64,000 nt of DNA, taken from assembly GCA_037447605.1 (NCBI GenBank), contig CM074808.1, forward strand, positions 3,720,001-3,784,000. Direction: 5' to 3'. The notes under the pieces are model-generated. The model searched no databases. It was not told the DNA's origin and saw only the letters and a list, made by a program, of their open reading frames with translations. The translations under genes and the position numbers were made by a program. This document shows, one piece after another, positions 1 to 12,585 of this stretch. Each line of letters starts with the position of its first letter. Positions within the stretch are counted from its first letter, which is position 1. Source of the stretch: Zygnema circumcarinatum SAG 698-1b (taxonomy: Eukaryota; Plantae; Zygnematophyceae).

Positions 1-575
1 TTCGTTCTTCACATGTCCAAACGATCTTGACCGTCAATCTCGTTCAATTGTACCAGTCAACGGCTCAAAAAAGTTGACTCAAGATTTTGTCCAGGCGATG
101 TTTAGGACCCCTACAATACAAAAAAGAGATTCGCAGGTGCGAATACTGACCAATAGCAACATGTCATTGTCGTACGAATTTTTGTCCACACTGGAATTCG
201 AACGAATGGCCTACTGCTATTGGTCAGTTTTCACACCTGCGAATCTATTTTTTGTATTGTAGCGGTCCTTAAGATCGCCTGTGGACGAAGATTTGAGTCA
301 ACTTTTTGGAACCGTCGACTGGTAGGCTTTAATCAGATTGACGGTCAGGATCATTTATACGTGTAAAGGACGAACGCAATTGGTCGAGGGATGGCATAAG
401 GCCAAAGCCGGCAAAACGTTTCAAAAACCGTACGAGTACGTAAAAACGGTACGAACAGCACTTTTTGCAGCGTACGATTTGTCGTTTTTTGCCAAGGCGG
501 CACCATTTCCTTTTGTAGCGGTCCTTAAGGACAAGGACAAGAATTTGGAGTCAACGTTTCTAGACCGTTGACTGG
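1..575. repeat. Imperfect foldback / MITE-like repeat cluster, truncated by the window start
   Basis: Bases ~1-115 are an imperfect reverse complement of ~258-375 (ttgagtcaacttttt...gattgacggtca.gatc). The block ttgtagcggtccttaag...gagtcaac...accgt.gactgg recurs as a direct copy at ~513-575. No terminal inverted repeat or target-site duplication could be fixed. Confidence 0.55.
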
Positions 576-1439
576 ACTGGACCGGCGGCTGAGATCAGTC
601 GCACGTGTAAAAAACAAACGCGATAGGTCGGAGGAATGGTTTAAAAAAAAACGTTCCGTACGGTTTTGGCGGCACTAGGAAGAGTTCTTTCTTGGAGTCG
701 GAAATATAAAAATAAAATGAACATCGCAAAATTGCGCGTTCCATGGTCCAAATTTTGCGAACTGGTTCAAAGCTCCGGAGTCGCAAACTGGGGCGGAAAA
801 GTTTGCAACTTTGAAACCAAGTTTTTTAACTCGCTCCAACTTGTTTGAACGACAACCGTTCACACGTGCAAGATGACGTCGTCCGAGTTGGACTGCGTCA
901 GCAAAAATTGAAGGACTGAGAAATGCATGGGACTGGACACAGTTGAACTGCTAGTTTTACGAACATGTGAACGTTCTGTAACACGGTGGCCTGCACATGC
1001 GTAGGCGCGTCGACGTGACACCAGAGCTTTTGAGAACGCTCTACGGCGCTCTATGCTCTTCGAAACGTACCGGTTCCTTGTCGCCACCTAGAACTAGTTC
1101 AGTTCCCCGTTCGGGCCGTAGCTCCCATTGAAGGGTTACCTCTCTTTCGCTCGCTCTCAGACGGCCTCAACATCGCTAGTATGGCAGCAGAGCACACACT
1201 CATCGACGGCGAGCAAAAGGTGCATTATGCAGGTCTGCATGGCCGGCGGCATGAAGGCCCCAAAAGACAGAGTGCGTCGATGAAAACCACACAACCTTCG
1301 GTAACAGAATCGGCTTGAAAATCACAGCCTTTATCACTAGGAACAACTATGGGTCTATGGCCTATGACATGCGGCACATGCATGCCCATGCCCCCATGCC
1401 TATCCCCCCATGCCAGCACTCAGACCCTCCATGGTATGC

Positions 1440-4408
1440 CTAAATCGTGGCATCGAGGCATGTAGCCGTACCCAGCCCTTGCCGCATCCGCACGACGTCT
1501 TCAGTAAAGCTCGAATTCCTTGATCCAAAGAATGCTGCTCCCAAGGCCAGCACGACTGCGTCTAGACCTTCAACCGCTTGCTCCCGTGTTGCCCATTTTT
1601 TTCTCCTCAGAGCCCAGTTCCATTGCTCGGTGTTCGCAACGTTACGACTTAAGAAGGCGAGCCTCCTTTCCGTTAGAGCCTGTCCCCAATGGATGGCGCC
1701 ACACAGTCAAGGAGAGCTCGATTACTTAGGCTGCAAGTCAAGCGTCTGCGGATGTAAGGAAAGGAGATTTTGTGAAAAATGGGCAGTTCTCTATACAACA
1801 TTCAGTAGCTACTTCAGTGCCTGGTATCAAGAGAAGGAGGGGGAGAGAGGGAGTAGATGTTCCTGTTAAGAAAATAGGTTTCGATCCGATCAGAATGCCA
1901 TAATACATGTGCTGCTTTGGAAGGTCTGGGTGGATAGGACCTTTACCGTAACAAGTTTACGAAAGTTGTCGATCAGTTCCGTTGGCATGTCCGTTGCCAT
2001 GTAAACAGTGCTAACTCTGTTCAGAAACACCCCCAAACCCTTCAATACTTCATTACTTGCTCTAAACTTGCTTCCTGCATAGCTTTTGTACTGTCAAACA
2101 GAGTCGAATTTTTTTCCTATAATTGACATTCTCTACGTGAAGGGAGCTTCACTTCTCCCCAAGAATCAAATAACCTAAGCATTGCTGAAACGCATGAGAA
2201 GAAGGGAAAAGGACGAGAAAGGTAACATGGAGAAGAAGAAGAAGAAGCCGAACAGAGAGGAAGACGGAGGAAGGAAGTAATGAGGGAGAAGGAACAAGGG
2301 GGAAAGCGAAAGGAGGAAGAAAAAAAATAACGGACGTAGAGTTATAGAAATTTTACCCTTCAAAGTTACGCAGCCATGTACTGAGACCCCGTGCAAATTC
2401 CGTACTTCCGTCAGACGAGTTTCCATGCGGCACATATATTCCCACATATCGATCATTTACAAATGCTCTTCTGAAGGTTTCGGCAGTCTCCCAAATCGAT
2501 GGATCTGGCTGACCTATCACCACCACCTCCATCTCCAAACTTTTAGGTTCATAAAACCTCAGAACAGTGTCTTCGAACTCAGCAAGAAACCATTATCTGT
2601 TGTAATTTGGGTTCATAGATCGAAGGGTCCCAGAAATAGCTAATCTCTCTCTTTAAGATGATTCAGAAAGCTCTAAAGGCACCTGAATAACCAACTTGCA
2701 GGAAAGGTCTTTTTGTTTTACTACTCCATTGGCTCCCTTGCCAGAGTCAGGCATTTTCTCATGTTCAAAAAAGGAGAGATCTCCAAAGCTGCAAAATGCA
2801 CCGCAAAACAAAGCCGGTAAGTTTAATATCGGACGATAAAAAACATATCAGTGAGACCGTTTCCAGTTGACAGTAACGGAATCAGTTACAATTAGGCTTG
2901 CTCACCTGATCACAGGGTCCTCCAGGGTCCCATACGCTGCAAGAAGTTGCTCATATGTTGGAAATGTTTGAGTTTTAACCATGTTTGGATGAAATCCCGG
3001 TTCTACGGAGATAAGGGACATGGAATCCTTCCACGAATCCCACGACTTGCAATGTTCAACGCCTTCCAAACTCGTCCAGAAACAATAAATCTGCCTTCCA
3101 ACATGCAAAGTAGACAGTCTTGGTAGTGAGCAAGTCTTGAAAGCTATGTATTCATTCACCGAAACTTGAAACTAACAATGACAAAAAGAATTCTTAAAAA
3201 GGATGACATGAATGAGTTGACAGACTCACTTTGGTCTTCAAAATTTTGTACTTTGTGCGCCTGAAGAAATTATGCATGTCAATCAATACGTCTCCCATGC
3301 ATGCCATGGCATGACGCATGTTAACTGCGATTTCCATATCGAAATCTGCTGCAGGACTTATGTCATAGAACGGAAGAACGAGAGTCCGACTGAGCAGGGC
3401 TGCCAAACTCGAATAGCGCTCAAAGCAGAGGACTCGAGAGCTCATCGATCCTTCGCTGCAGAGCGCAACCAAATACCTGGTTTTGAAAAAAAAAAAAAAA
3501 TTTAAGAAAAACAAAAAAGACATTCAGTTCAAACATTCACTTCCGAGGTTTTCCGTTCAGACCAGGATGCATTGACAAAAGGAAAAACAGTCAAGTTTAG
3601 GCAATTCAGGGAGGATAGATTTTACACCTTCCAGGCACTGCCTTCCACTCCAAACGATATGATGGCTGCAAGTACGGAAGATTCGCTGCATCAGAAGGAC
3701 ATAATTCCGGGAAGCTTCCATCTTTTGTTATCATTGTGTCACCTTCCAATCCCTCAGCACTTTGCTGCATTTTAGCCTTCACATTTGTGATAAGATCTGA
3801 AAGAACTTCAGCTTCCAAGACTCTCTCCCTCCGAAGCTCTGAAATCGCATCCTCGGAATCGTTGGCATTGTTTGAAGAACGTTTGTGTCCCGCTTCAACG
3901 ACGGCTACGATATTTTTGGCATTTTTTGCCAACTGAGCATTCATAGAAACGGCTTGCTTTTCTATCGCATCTCCCAAAGCTCGCCATAGAGAGCTTGCCT
4001 GTTCGAGCTTGTCTTTCTGAACTTCCAAAGATTTATATTCAGATGCATCCTCCTTAATTGATTTTTTGCTTTCTTCCAAAAAGGACATAAGCTCTGACGC
4101 GGCTTCTCGAGCGCTCTTTGTCAGCTGCTCCAAACGGAGGTTGTCTATGGCACCGTTACAGTTAAGGCTGCCGTTTTTGGTTCCAAAGAGACTTCTCGCA
4201 TTTTGCAGAGCTTGTAAAGGCTTAGAACCTCCGACTGTATGCAAAAGTATAAGGAGAAAATGTGAGAAAACAATGGGAAACGATGGATGAAAAGGAGGGA
4301 AAAGGATTGAAGAGAGGGGGAGAGAAGTTCAGTGCTGTGGAAGGACCTTTCAAGCATTTGGAGCAGCAGGCTGAGAGAGAAAAATGGGCGAAAGAGAGAG
4401 AGAGAGAA

Positions 4409-4492
<84 letters not shown>

Positions 4493-4803
4493 CGAGAGAG
4501 AGAGAGAGAGAGAGGCTGCTCTCCGCGCACCTGAAGAACGAGATTCTGATGCAAGAACCTTAATGTTTCCGTCAAGGAGAACAAGGAGGTAAAAAAAAGC
4601 CGTCACTGATCGTGCGTGTAGGGGCATGGCTTTCCTACAAACCCTAGAATCAGAACATAAGAACATGTTTGAAGTTGTATTCCATTCTTATACGCTAATA
4701 TGCACCTCGCAAAGCCAAGCTTTAGTAGAAAAAACAAAGCGCCAAACTATGGAGTCCTTACGGCCCACCTGGTAGCAACCATGGCCTGTGCAGGGGACAC
4801 CAT
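1440..4803 (-). CDS. O-fucosyltransferase family protein, OFUT36-like type II membrane glycosyltransferase (multi-exon)
   Basis: Exons translate to RYLVALCSEGSMSSRVLCFERYSSLAALLSRTLVLP (cf. Arabidopsis OFUT36 FLFAICLSGQMSNHLICLEKHMFFAALLDRVLVIP), QPDPSIWETAETFRRAF, VSTVYMATD, and LDAVVLALGAAFFGSRNSSFTEDVVRMRQGLGTATCLDATI* (cf. SVFIGASGSTFTEDILRLRKDWG). Stop at 1440-1442; ATG at 4803 joins in phase to a short hydrophobic exon and a long coiled-coil stem exon. One acceptor near 1680 is weak. Confidence 0.82.
4393..4513. repeat. (GA)n microsatellite in an OFUT intron
   Basis: About 120 bp of near-perfect GA dinucleotide repeat between the donor at ~4530 and the acceptor at ~4235. Confidence 0.95.
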
Positions 4804-5248
4804 AACAAAGAAACCTGCAAGCCTTCTGTCCAGAAGTTTGCAATCGGTATGACGTCATGTGACTATATATGACGTCATGAATCGCATTTTGGGCCTTCCG
4901 TCAGGCCTTCGGGCAGACAAAATGGATCCGATCTATGGACCAAATTCCGTTCTCAAAATTCACAGAATCCGTTGAGATCTGTTCGACACCAATCAGCCAC
5001 GTCGGATTTCAGAGAGGCCCTGAATCGTAGAATGTTTGAGCCCAAAATCGGCCACGTCGGATTTCAAAGAGATCCCGAAACGTAGAATATTTTGGAGTCT
5101 AAATTTTTTTTCAAATTTGAACCCAAACCAAGCTCTCCCCCGCGTTCAGCGTGACAGCGTGTCACGCTCTCCTCCCTTTTTAGGGTTCGCCTTTTCCCAG
5201 CGGTGCGCGCTCCCTCTCTCGCTGTTCGACCGCCGATGTGAAAGGGGG
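4804..5248. promoter_or_regulatory. Divergent promoter between the OFUT gene and HGH1
   Basis: ATGs face away from each other 445 bp apart. Two TGACGTCA palindromes (4850-4857, 4870-4877), a ~54-bp tandem duplication carrying GCCACGT (~4993-5100), and a telo-box-like TTTAGGGTT at ~5179. Motifs are seen; their function is inferred. Confidence 0.5.
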
Positions 5249-8200
5249 ATGGCGGCGGAGCTGGATGAGCTGGTGGAGTTTTTGGGGGCTGCTAGATTGG
5301 AGGTTTGGAACCCTCTAAAACCTTATTTTTCGTAGCAAATACTAAAATCGTAAGCCAGATTATTGGGTTAATCATTTTAAGCCTGCAATGTTGAAAAAAT
5401 GGCTTAATTTTACGTAATTTTCTCCCTCTCTCGCTCCCTCGCTCCCTCTCTCTCTGTCTCTGTCTCCCTTGCACTTCGGTCCCCACCCTCGCTCTCCCAC
5501 ACTGCAATTCAATCCATGATAGGCCTGACATGAGAGATGAGCTCTTGCAAATAGAGAGTGACCCATCGTTAGCCTTTGTCGTTCCAAAAATTTCAAGTTT
5601 GCATTCAGACACAAATGTTTTATTTTGCCTTTCATGATTTTTTCTGCTGAGACACATTCCATCTTGGCCCTCAGGTCCGCAAAATGGCCGTAGACATTGT
5701 GCTGGGCCTGACGGGAAGTGCGGACGGAATTCAAAGTTTGGCCAAAAAAGCGAGCGATGTTGCGCCCGCCCTGCTTTACCTCCTCAAGGATCAACAGGTG
5801 AGGCCTCTCCCTCTCTCACTCTCGCACTCTCACTCTCACACACACTCTCTTTCGCTATCATTTCTCCCGTCTTTCTCTCTTCCTCCCTCTGCCCACCCTC
5901 TCTTCTCTCTCCTCCCCTCTATCTCCCCTCTCTCAACCCCCCACTCTCCCCTCTCTCTCCCCCACCCTTCCTCCCTTCTCCTCCCCTTCTTCCAACTCTA
6001 TTTAACCCTCTGTCCTCCACCTCTCGCCCGTCTCTCCTCCCCCCTCCCCACGCCGCTCAGGCCCTTCTCGCCCTTCCCCCCTGTCTCACCCTCTCTCCCC
6101 CTCTTCCCCCCTCTCTCTCTTCCCCTCTGTTCCCCGCTCGCCCCTTTCTCTCCTCTGTCCCCCTCTCTCGTCCTTCCTCTCTCCCCCCTCACTCGTCCTC
6201 CCTCCCTCTCTTCGCAGTTCCAAGGGCACAGCCATTCCCTCCCTTCTCTTGTTCTTGAAAAGGAGCTACAAATAACAAGTGCATCATTTTTTAAAGAAAG
6301 GAAAGAAAGGAAATCTACTAGTTTTGAGTTTTGGTTTGTTCCACCTCTGCAGAGCGAAATCGCGAAATCGGCCGCGGAAGCTTTGGTGAATCTTTCTGAA
6401 GAAAAAAGAATTGCGATGGCATTAATATATGGAGGGGCCATTGAGCTATCTATGGAGCTCATCAGCAAAACAAATTATTCACAGAAACGGCCCCTTGTGA
6501 TGCTCTTGGCAAATCTCACAATTCTCGATGAAGGAACCAGTCGGCTTTTGCAGGTACCTGGTTTCCCTTTTCCTTTTATATTTATTCATTTATTAAATAT
6601 TACTTTGGTGACTGAACTGCTGAAATGCTGAAGTGTTTGGAAATCGACCTAAAAACCCTAAACGGAAGCTTTTTTTGGTCAGGAAGGTGACGAGAAGCGG
6701 ATGGGTTCACAAATCAGCAAACTCGTCTACTTCTTTAGTCGGTCGACCGACTCCGACACGGGTCCGACTCTTGCTAACCAACCACTTGAAAGACTTCTTT
6801 CCATTTCAAAAATTTTAAAAACCCACATGTAACGTAGAACATATTCTCTCTTTCCCCCTTCTCTCTTTCACAACGCAATGGTGGGCAGTTTTACCCCAAT
6901 TTTTTTTTTGCCTTTTTTTCTTTATTTTCCTGAAGAGGGAGAAGTGCGGGCTGCAGAGGCGGACGCCTTCGAGCATATCGCCTCCATTCTCGCGAACGTG
7001 ACGCGACAGAGGGAGGGAAGGCGCCTCCTGCTCGAGCCGGAGAGGGGCCTCCTCCGCCAAATGCTGCCGCAGATGGAGGCCGAGAGCGCAGTGCGGCAGA
7101 GAGGGGTGAGAGAGGGAGGGTGAGGGGGCAGGGAGGGGGGGAGGGGGGAGGCATAGGGGGAGGGGTGGTCGAGTGGGGAGAGAGAGGAAGAGGGAGGGAA
7201 GGAGTGGGGAGAGAGGGGGAACTTTGGGGAGGGAGGGAGAGGGAGAGGGTGGGAGTGGGTGGGAGAGGGTGCAGGGAGAGAGGGAGGGAGGGGAAGAAGG
7301 GAGGGAGGGAGGGAGGGAGGGAGGGAGGGAGAGGGAGGAGAGGGAGGGAGGGAAGGAGAGGGAAGAGGTAGGAGGTGGGGAAGGAGAGGGAGGGGGGGAG
7401 GGAGGAAGGGACAGGACGGGACGTGAGGGGGAGAGGCCGTCGGAGAGGGAGGAAGAGGGGACGGGTGAGAGGCGAAGGGGCAGGGGGAGAAGGGGAGGGA
7501 GTTGCGAGAGAGGGTTGAAAGGTGAATCTGACAGCCTCACATGATGAAATAGAGATAGAGTGTGGTGAGAATATCCTCATATTTGAAGCGCTTCTGCAAA
7601 TCCTAAACACTTCAAACCCTCAGAAAACGCTGAAACCCGAAAGGTGCAGAGTCCGCTCAGGAAGATCAGGAGCCAATCAGAGGACTCCTGTGGGATTTGA
7701 GCAAATGGTGACGTGCCAGGTGGCAGGCGCTGTACGGAATTGCTGCTTTGAGGCCCCCACGTCACTACCGGCCCTCCTCCTCGCCTCGCAATTCCTCTGG
7801 CCAGCGCTGCTGCTCCCGCTGGCGGGGCCCAAGGTGGGAGGGAGGGAGGAAGGGGAGGGGGGAGGGGGAGGGGGAGGGGGAGGGGGGAGGGGGAGGGGGA
7901 GGGGGAGGGGGAGGGGGGAGGGGGTGGTGGTGGGGGTTGGGAGGGGGGGGGTGGGGAGGGGGGGGTGGGGAGGGAGGACTAGGGAGGGGGAGCGAGAGGG
8001 GGAGGGGGAGGGAGAGGAGGATGGGGAGGGGGAGAGAGGAGGGGAGGGGGAGGGAGAGGAGGATGGGGAGGGGGAGAGAGAGGGGAGGAGGGATTCAGCT
8101 TACCATGTCCAATCCCACCATGCCTCAATTTGATCTATTTTTTTTCGTCTCCGCCTTACCATTCTCCCTCCTCTTTCTCTCCTCCCCCTCCCGCAGCCGT

Positions 8201-9283
8201 ACAGCCGCGAAGACAGGGCGGCGATGCCCCCCGAGTTGGCGGTGCCTCTAGCGCACGAGCGCCTCAGGGAGGCGGACCCCGCTGTGCGCGTAGCGGCGGC
8301 GGAGGCGCTCTCTCTCATAGCCATGCAGGTCCCACTCTCTCCCCCTACCCCTCTCTCTCTCCTTCTCTCTCACACTCTCCCCCCCCCCCCTCCGTTCCCC
8401 TCCCTCTTTGATTCTCGTTTGAAAGGGGAGAGGGGGGCAAGTGTAAGGACAGCCTCCTCTAGCAAAGTGGAGGGTTCGACGCTTTTCAGGGTTTGTAGGG
8501 TTTAAGGCAGAGGTTTGCGGGGGAAGCGGGGCACTTCCATGCTTAGGTTTGTTCTGGAAGTGGCCTGCAGGCGGTTGAGTTGTGACAAGGGTGACTTTTT
8601 TTTTGCTTTTATGAAAAATATTTCATTCGTGACATCCAAGACGTTCAGGGTTTTCCGGGGCTTTTTTTTTTGGGGGGGGGGTTTTTGCGTTGTTTAGCTT
8701 TTTTAGTGTTTGGGGGCGCAGGAGGCGGGCAGGCGCGCTCTGTGGAGTGTGAACGCTCCGCGGATCTTCCAGGTCGGCTATGAAGAGGAGGAGAACGAGG
8801 AGGTGATAGAGGCGTATGAGCGCCTCGGCTCTCTGGTGAGGGAGGGGGAGAGAGAGAGAGGGGGAGAGGGAGAGGGAGGAGTGGCAATTGCTCCAGTGGG
8901 CTCAAGCTCTAGCAAAGCTTGTCGTGAGCAATGCTCGGGAGGGGGAGGGGTGGGAAAGGAAGGAGGTATTGGGGTGGGGAATGAGGTTGGGAGAGGGAGA
9001 GGGAGGATGGGGAGAGGGCGAAGAAGATGGTGTTGGGGCAGGGAGAGGATGAGGGAGGGCGAGGGAGAGGGAGAGGATGTTGTGTGAGGGTGAGGGAGAG
9101 AGTTGCCGGAGGGAAAGAGAGGGTGAGAGGGGGGGGAGGAGGGAGAAAGGGAGCTTCCGTCACACTTCTGTACTCACATAGACGTTTTACGATGCATTTT
9201 TGTGTTGAAATCTGCAGTTTGTGACTGGAGGGCCACTGGAGGAGCCAGCAGGAGGGCAGCCGCCTGAGGAAGCCGGTTTGTAG
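5249..9283 (+). CDS. HGH1: Protein HGH1 (FAM203) homolog, eEF2 chaperone
   Basis: Exons: MAAELDELVEFL / AVDIVLGLTGSADG / AAEALVNLSEE...LVMLLANLT / FEHIASILANVTRQREGRRLLLEP / VAGAVRNCCFE...FLWPALLLPLAG / MPPELAVPLAHER / EAGRRALWSVNAPRIFQVGYE / FVTGGPLEEP...L*. Collinear with plant HGH1; canonical GT-AG junctions. Confidence 0.93.
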
Positions 9284-9803
9284 GGGGGGAGGGAGAGTCA
9301 GGGAGAGGAGAGGAGTTGAGGGGGGGGGGACAGGGACTTAGAGAGAGGTGTAGGGAGAGAAAAGGTGGGCGATAATTTTTTTAGTCACAGCTCAAAATAA
9401 GGTCCTAACATGGGCCAATTTTCTCTGAGAAAAGCGCCTTTTTTTTTTTTAAATTAGAAAAAAAAAAAAGTTGTGTCAGTTGGTGCGTACTTTTTTGGGT
9501 TTCTTTTTCACAACTGCTGATCCCTCACAATTATTCGAAGGGTTCAGGGTTGTCGGTCCTTTTTCTCTCTCAGTCTCTCTCCCCCAATCCCTCTCCCTCT
9601 CCCCCTTCCGCATAGAAAAAACTCTAAATATGGGAAAAGCTGACCAGCATGGAACTGAGCTGTGACGTGCAACGGAACTGACCCTTCAGATGCCGATAAG
9701 AGACGGCCCAATGATGAAATATGTTCATTGCCCTTTTGAAGTCAAAAAAGTCAGCGGTTTTGTTAATTTTAAACAATGACGTGCCTTGACTTAAATTTCG
9801 CCC

Positions 9804-10825
9804 TTAGCAATCGCACTTCTCTGAGCTACATGTGCAAATTTTGTGGCCCGTTCTGTTCCAGTTCCGGAAGCCCTTCTCCAACACGTAGACGGGCGGGAGG
9901 GCCTCTCCCTCTCCGCCTGCCTCCTCCAGCTTCCTTTGCAGAATTTTCGCACAAGTGGGCCCGCGGACCTGCGACAAATAAACTTAAAATAATTAAAACG
10001 TACTTGAAAATCGCACTTAGAACCAATCACTTGCTCACACAATTCACATCTACACCGTGCCTCCCTTTACTACTTTGGAGTGTGGGTGAGAGGGCGAGAG
10101 AGAGGGGGAGAGAGGAGAGGGGGAGAGCGAGAAAGAGAGAGGGGGAGAGAGGAGAGGGCGAGAGCGAGAAAGAGAGAGGGGGAGAGAGAGAGTCGGAGAG
10201 AGAGAGAGGGAGAGCGAAGGCGAGAGAGGCGGAGAGTGGGGGAGAGGGTGAGGCAGAGCGACAGAGGCGGAGAGAGAGGCGGAGAGAGAGAGAGGGGGCG
10301 AGAGAGGGAGAGAGTGAAAGAGAGGGAGGGTGCACCTGACTGAGGGAGCAGTGCACTACCACCGCCTCCTTTCCCTTGATGTCTTCCAGCAGCCGCGGGA
10401 GAGAGTCGGAAAAGGAGCCGCTCGGGTAGTGCGCGGACCCCGCGATGTGGCCCTCCTCGCTCCTCTCGTCGTCTCTAGGGGTTCAACGAAGTTCAGGGTT
10501 AGGGCTTAGGGTTTAGGGTAAGGGTTTCGGGTTTAAGGTTGAGGGTTAGGTTTAGGGTTAGGGTTAAGAGTTTAAGGTTAGGGTTTAGGGTTAGGGTTCG
10601 GGGTTCAGGGTTTAGGGTAAGGTTTAAGGGTTAAGGGTTAGGGTTAGGGTTTAGGGTCAGGGTTTAGGGCTAGGGTAAGGGGTTAGGGTTAGGGTTTAGG
10701 GTTAGGGATTAGGATTTAGGGTTTAAAGTTAGCCCTCACCTGACGTCCACTATGAGCACACCCCTTCCGCCCGCTTCGGTCAACTTCTCGAGCTCCTCCG
10801 AAGGGATGAACCTCACCTCCGCCAT
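9804..10825 (-). CDS. ACR2: Rhodanese-fold arsenate reductase / CDC25-like dual-specificity phosphatase (3 coding exons)
   Basis: Exons 10740-10825, 10336-10474 and 9804-9968 give MAEVRFIPSEEL...LIVDVRDDERSEEGHIAGSAHYPSGSF...VVHCSLSQVRGPTCA...VYVLEKGFRNWNRTGHKICTC. The HC(X5)R motif is intact and the sequence matches Arabidopsis ACR2/CDC25. An in-frame upstream extension is possible. Confidence 0.92.
10475..10739. repeat. Interstitial degenerate telomeric repeat (TTTAGGG/TTAGGG) filling intron 1 of ACR2
   Basis: About 240 bp of gggtttagggttagggttaagagtttaagg-type units between the splice donor (10739) and acceptor (10475). Confidence 0.88.
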
Positions 10826-12384
10826 TGGCGACACGTGGCGTTGGACGAAACTTGAAAAGAAGTCGTTAAATTTCTGCAAATTATGCAAACAAAGAGAGGA
10901 AAGAGGATCATGATGTCAGCCCAGTTTGTTGAACGCATGGTGAGATGCAGCATCAACATTTTCGGAATGAGAGAGAGAGGGGGCAGGTGGGGCGGGGAGA
11001 CAGTGGGATAGAAAGGGAGAGGAGGGAGAGGGAGAGGGAGAGCGAGAGAGGAGACGAATAAGAGACAGGGCGAGAGAGAGATGGGGGGAGAAAGACAGGG
11101 AGAGGGGGAAAAGGAGAGAGGGGCGGAACATGGACGGATTTGCATCGAAAGAAAGTGAGCATGAGGGAGAGTATCTCCTGCAGTAGGAAAAAAGGCAATC
11201 TCCTCTACCTCTCTCTCCCTCTTCCCCCTCCCCCTCCCCCCTCCCTCCTCCCCCCCTTCCTTCCTCCCCATTCCCCCTCCTCCCTCCCCCCTCCCTCCTC
11301 CACCCCTCCCCACCTCCCCCTTCCCCCCTCCTCCCTCCTCCCCCAATCCCCCCCTCCCCCTTCCCCCTCCCCCCCCTCCCCCCTCCCCCCTCTCCCCCAC
11401 CCCCTGTCCACCCCTCTCCCTCCCCCCTCCCTCCTCCCCCTCTCCCCTTCTCCCCTCCCCCAAACCTTTTACCTTAAACCCGTCCTCCCCACCTTCCCAT
11501 CTCCACTCGGCCAAACGCCACTACCGTAAGCCATTGCCCCTTCCACCCTCAACCCTTCAACCCTACAAACAAACCTTCAACCCTAAATCCTCAACCATAA
11601 ACCCTAAACATAAGGGCCCCCTCCTCACCTCAGCTTGCTCCCCTTCGAAGTCGACCTCCGGGGGGTGCACGAAGCGGCTTTATTCCCCCTACGGTAATGG
11701 CACAGGGGAGGCAGCCAGGTGCACTGCACCTGGCCCGGATTTTGATGCCACGTGTGAGGACGGTGCCTCGAGTACGGCATCAGTAGACGGTACGCCCGGG
11801 ACAGGTGACATCTGCCCAGGGAGGTCGTTTTGGTCGGTGCCGTACAGGGCGTAAGATTCTCTGGACAGTAAGCTAAAGACAGAAATGTACGACGCTTTTA
11901 TAATCGTTCGATCTTATCGTATCTTTAGAATCGTTCCTGAGCTGACACCTGGTTGTGGATCTTAGATCCACTAGATAAGCGATTCGTCTGTACAAATAGA
12001 AGCGCCCCACGTATGTTAGGCTAAAATATTCTGCAACGCAGGTGACGTCATTGTGTCGGTGCTTTTGTCGGGAATAAACTGTTTTTGGACTGACCGATTT
12101 CTTTTCATTTGGTTTCAATTTCAGCTTTTGGAAAGCCACCACAGGCCCTTCTTCTCGATATATCGCGACATGTACATATCGTATCGTGTTGTACCGTCTC
12201 ATGATTCACAGTATCCATGACGTCAGCAGTCGGCCGGCTTTTGCTGTTCGGTTCGAACCCCGGCCCGGTCTTCACTTCTCAAATCGCTTCTGCCCCTAAC
12301 CGACAACACGATGTACGAGAAGTGTACCAGCAAGTACGATTCTCTGGTGTCCTCGCTTGTATGCTCCTTCGGCGTGAAGCCGCA

Positions 12385-12510
12385 GTTGTCGGTGGCCGTG
12401 TCTGTGTCTGTGGCCATGCCGGTAGCCATGTCGGTGACCATGTCGTTGTCTGTGGCCTTGTCGGTGGTCGTGTCGGTGGCCTTGTCGGTGGCTGTGTTGG
12501 TCGTGTCCCC
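12385..12510. repeat. Degenerate 12-bp tandem repeat (ACCGACAAGGCC-like on the minus strand)
   Basis: About 10 units of gtggccttgtcg / gtggtcgtgtcg; reads T-D-x-A repeats on the minus strand. Confidence 0.6.
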
Positions 12511-12585
12511 ATCCTCTGCATGCTCACTGGCTTATTTTTGTCCTTTGACACGACAACGAATATGACCTTTCAGTGTTTTTCCTTG

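Noticed and set aside
6815-9224. Many Pro/Ser/Leu-rich and Gly/Glu/Arg-rich ORFs (also at 4145-4592, 10027-11529, 19870-23650, 34315-35652, 44721-45257, 56528-57125)
   Set aside because: They are translations of polypurine/polypyrimidine intron tracts inside genes whose true exons were identified.
10475-10739. Possible chromosome end
   Set aside because: The repeat is degenerate, about 240 bp long, and flanked on both sides by in-phase exons of one gene.
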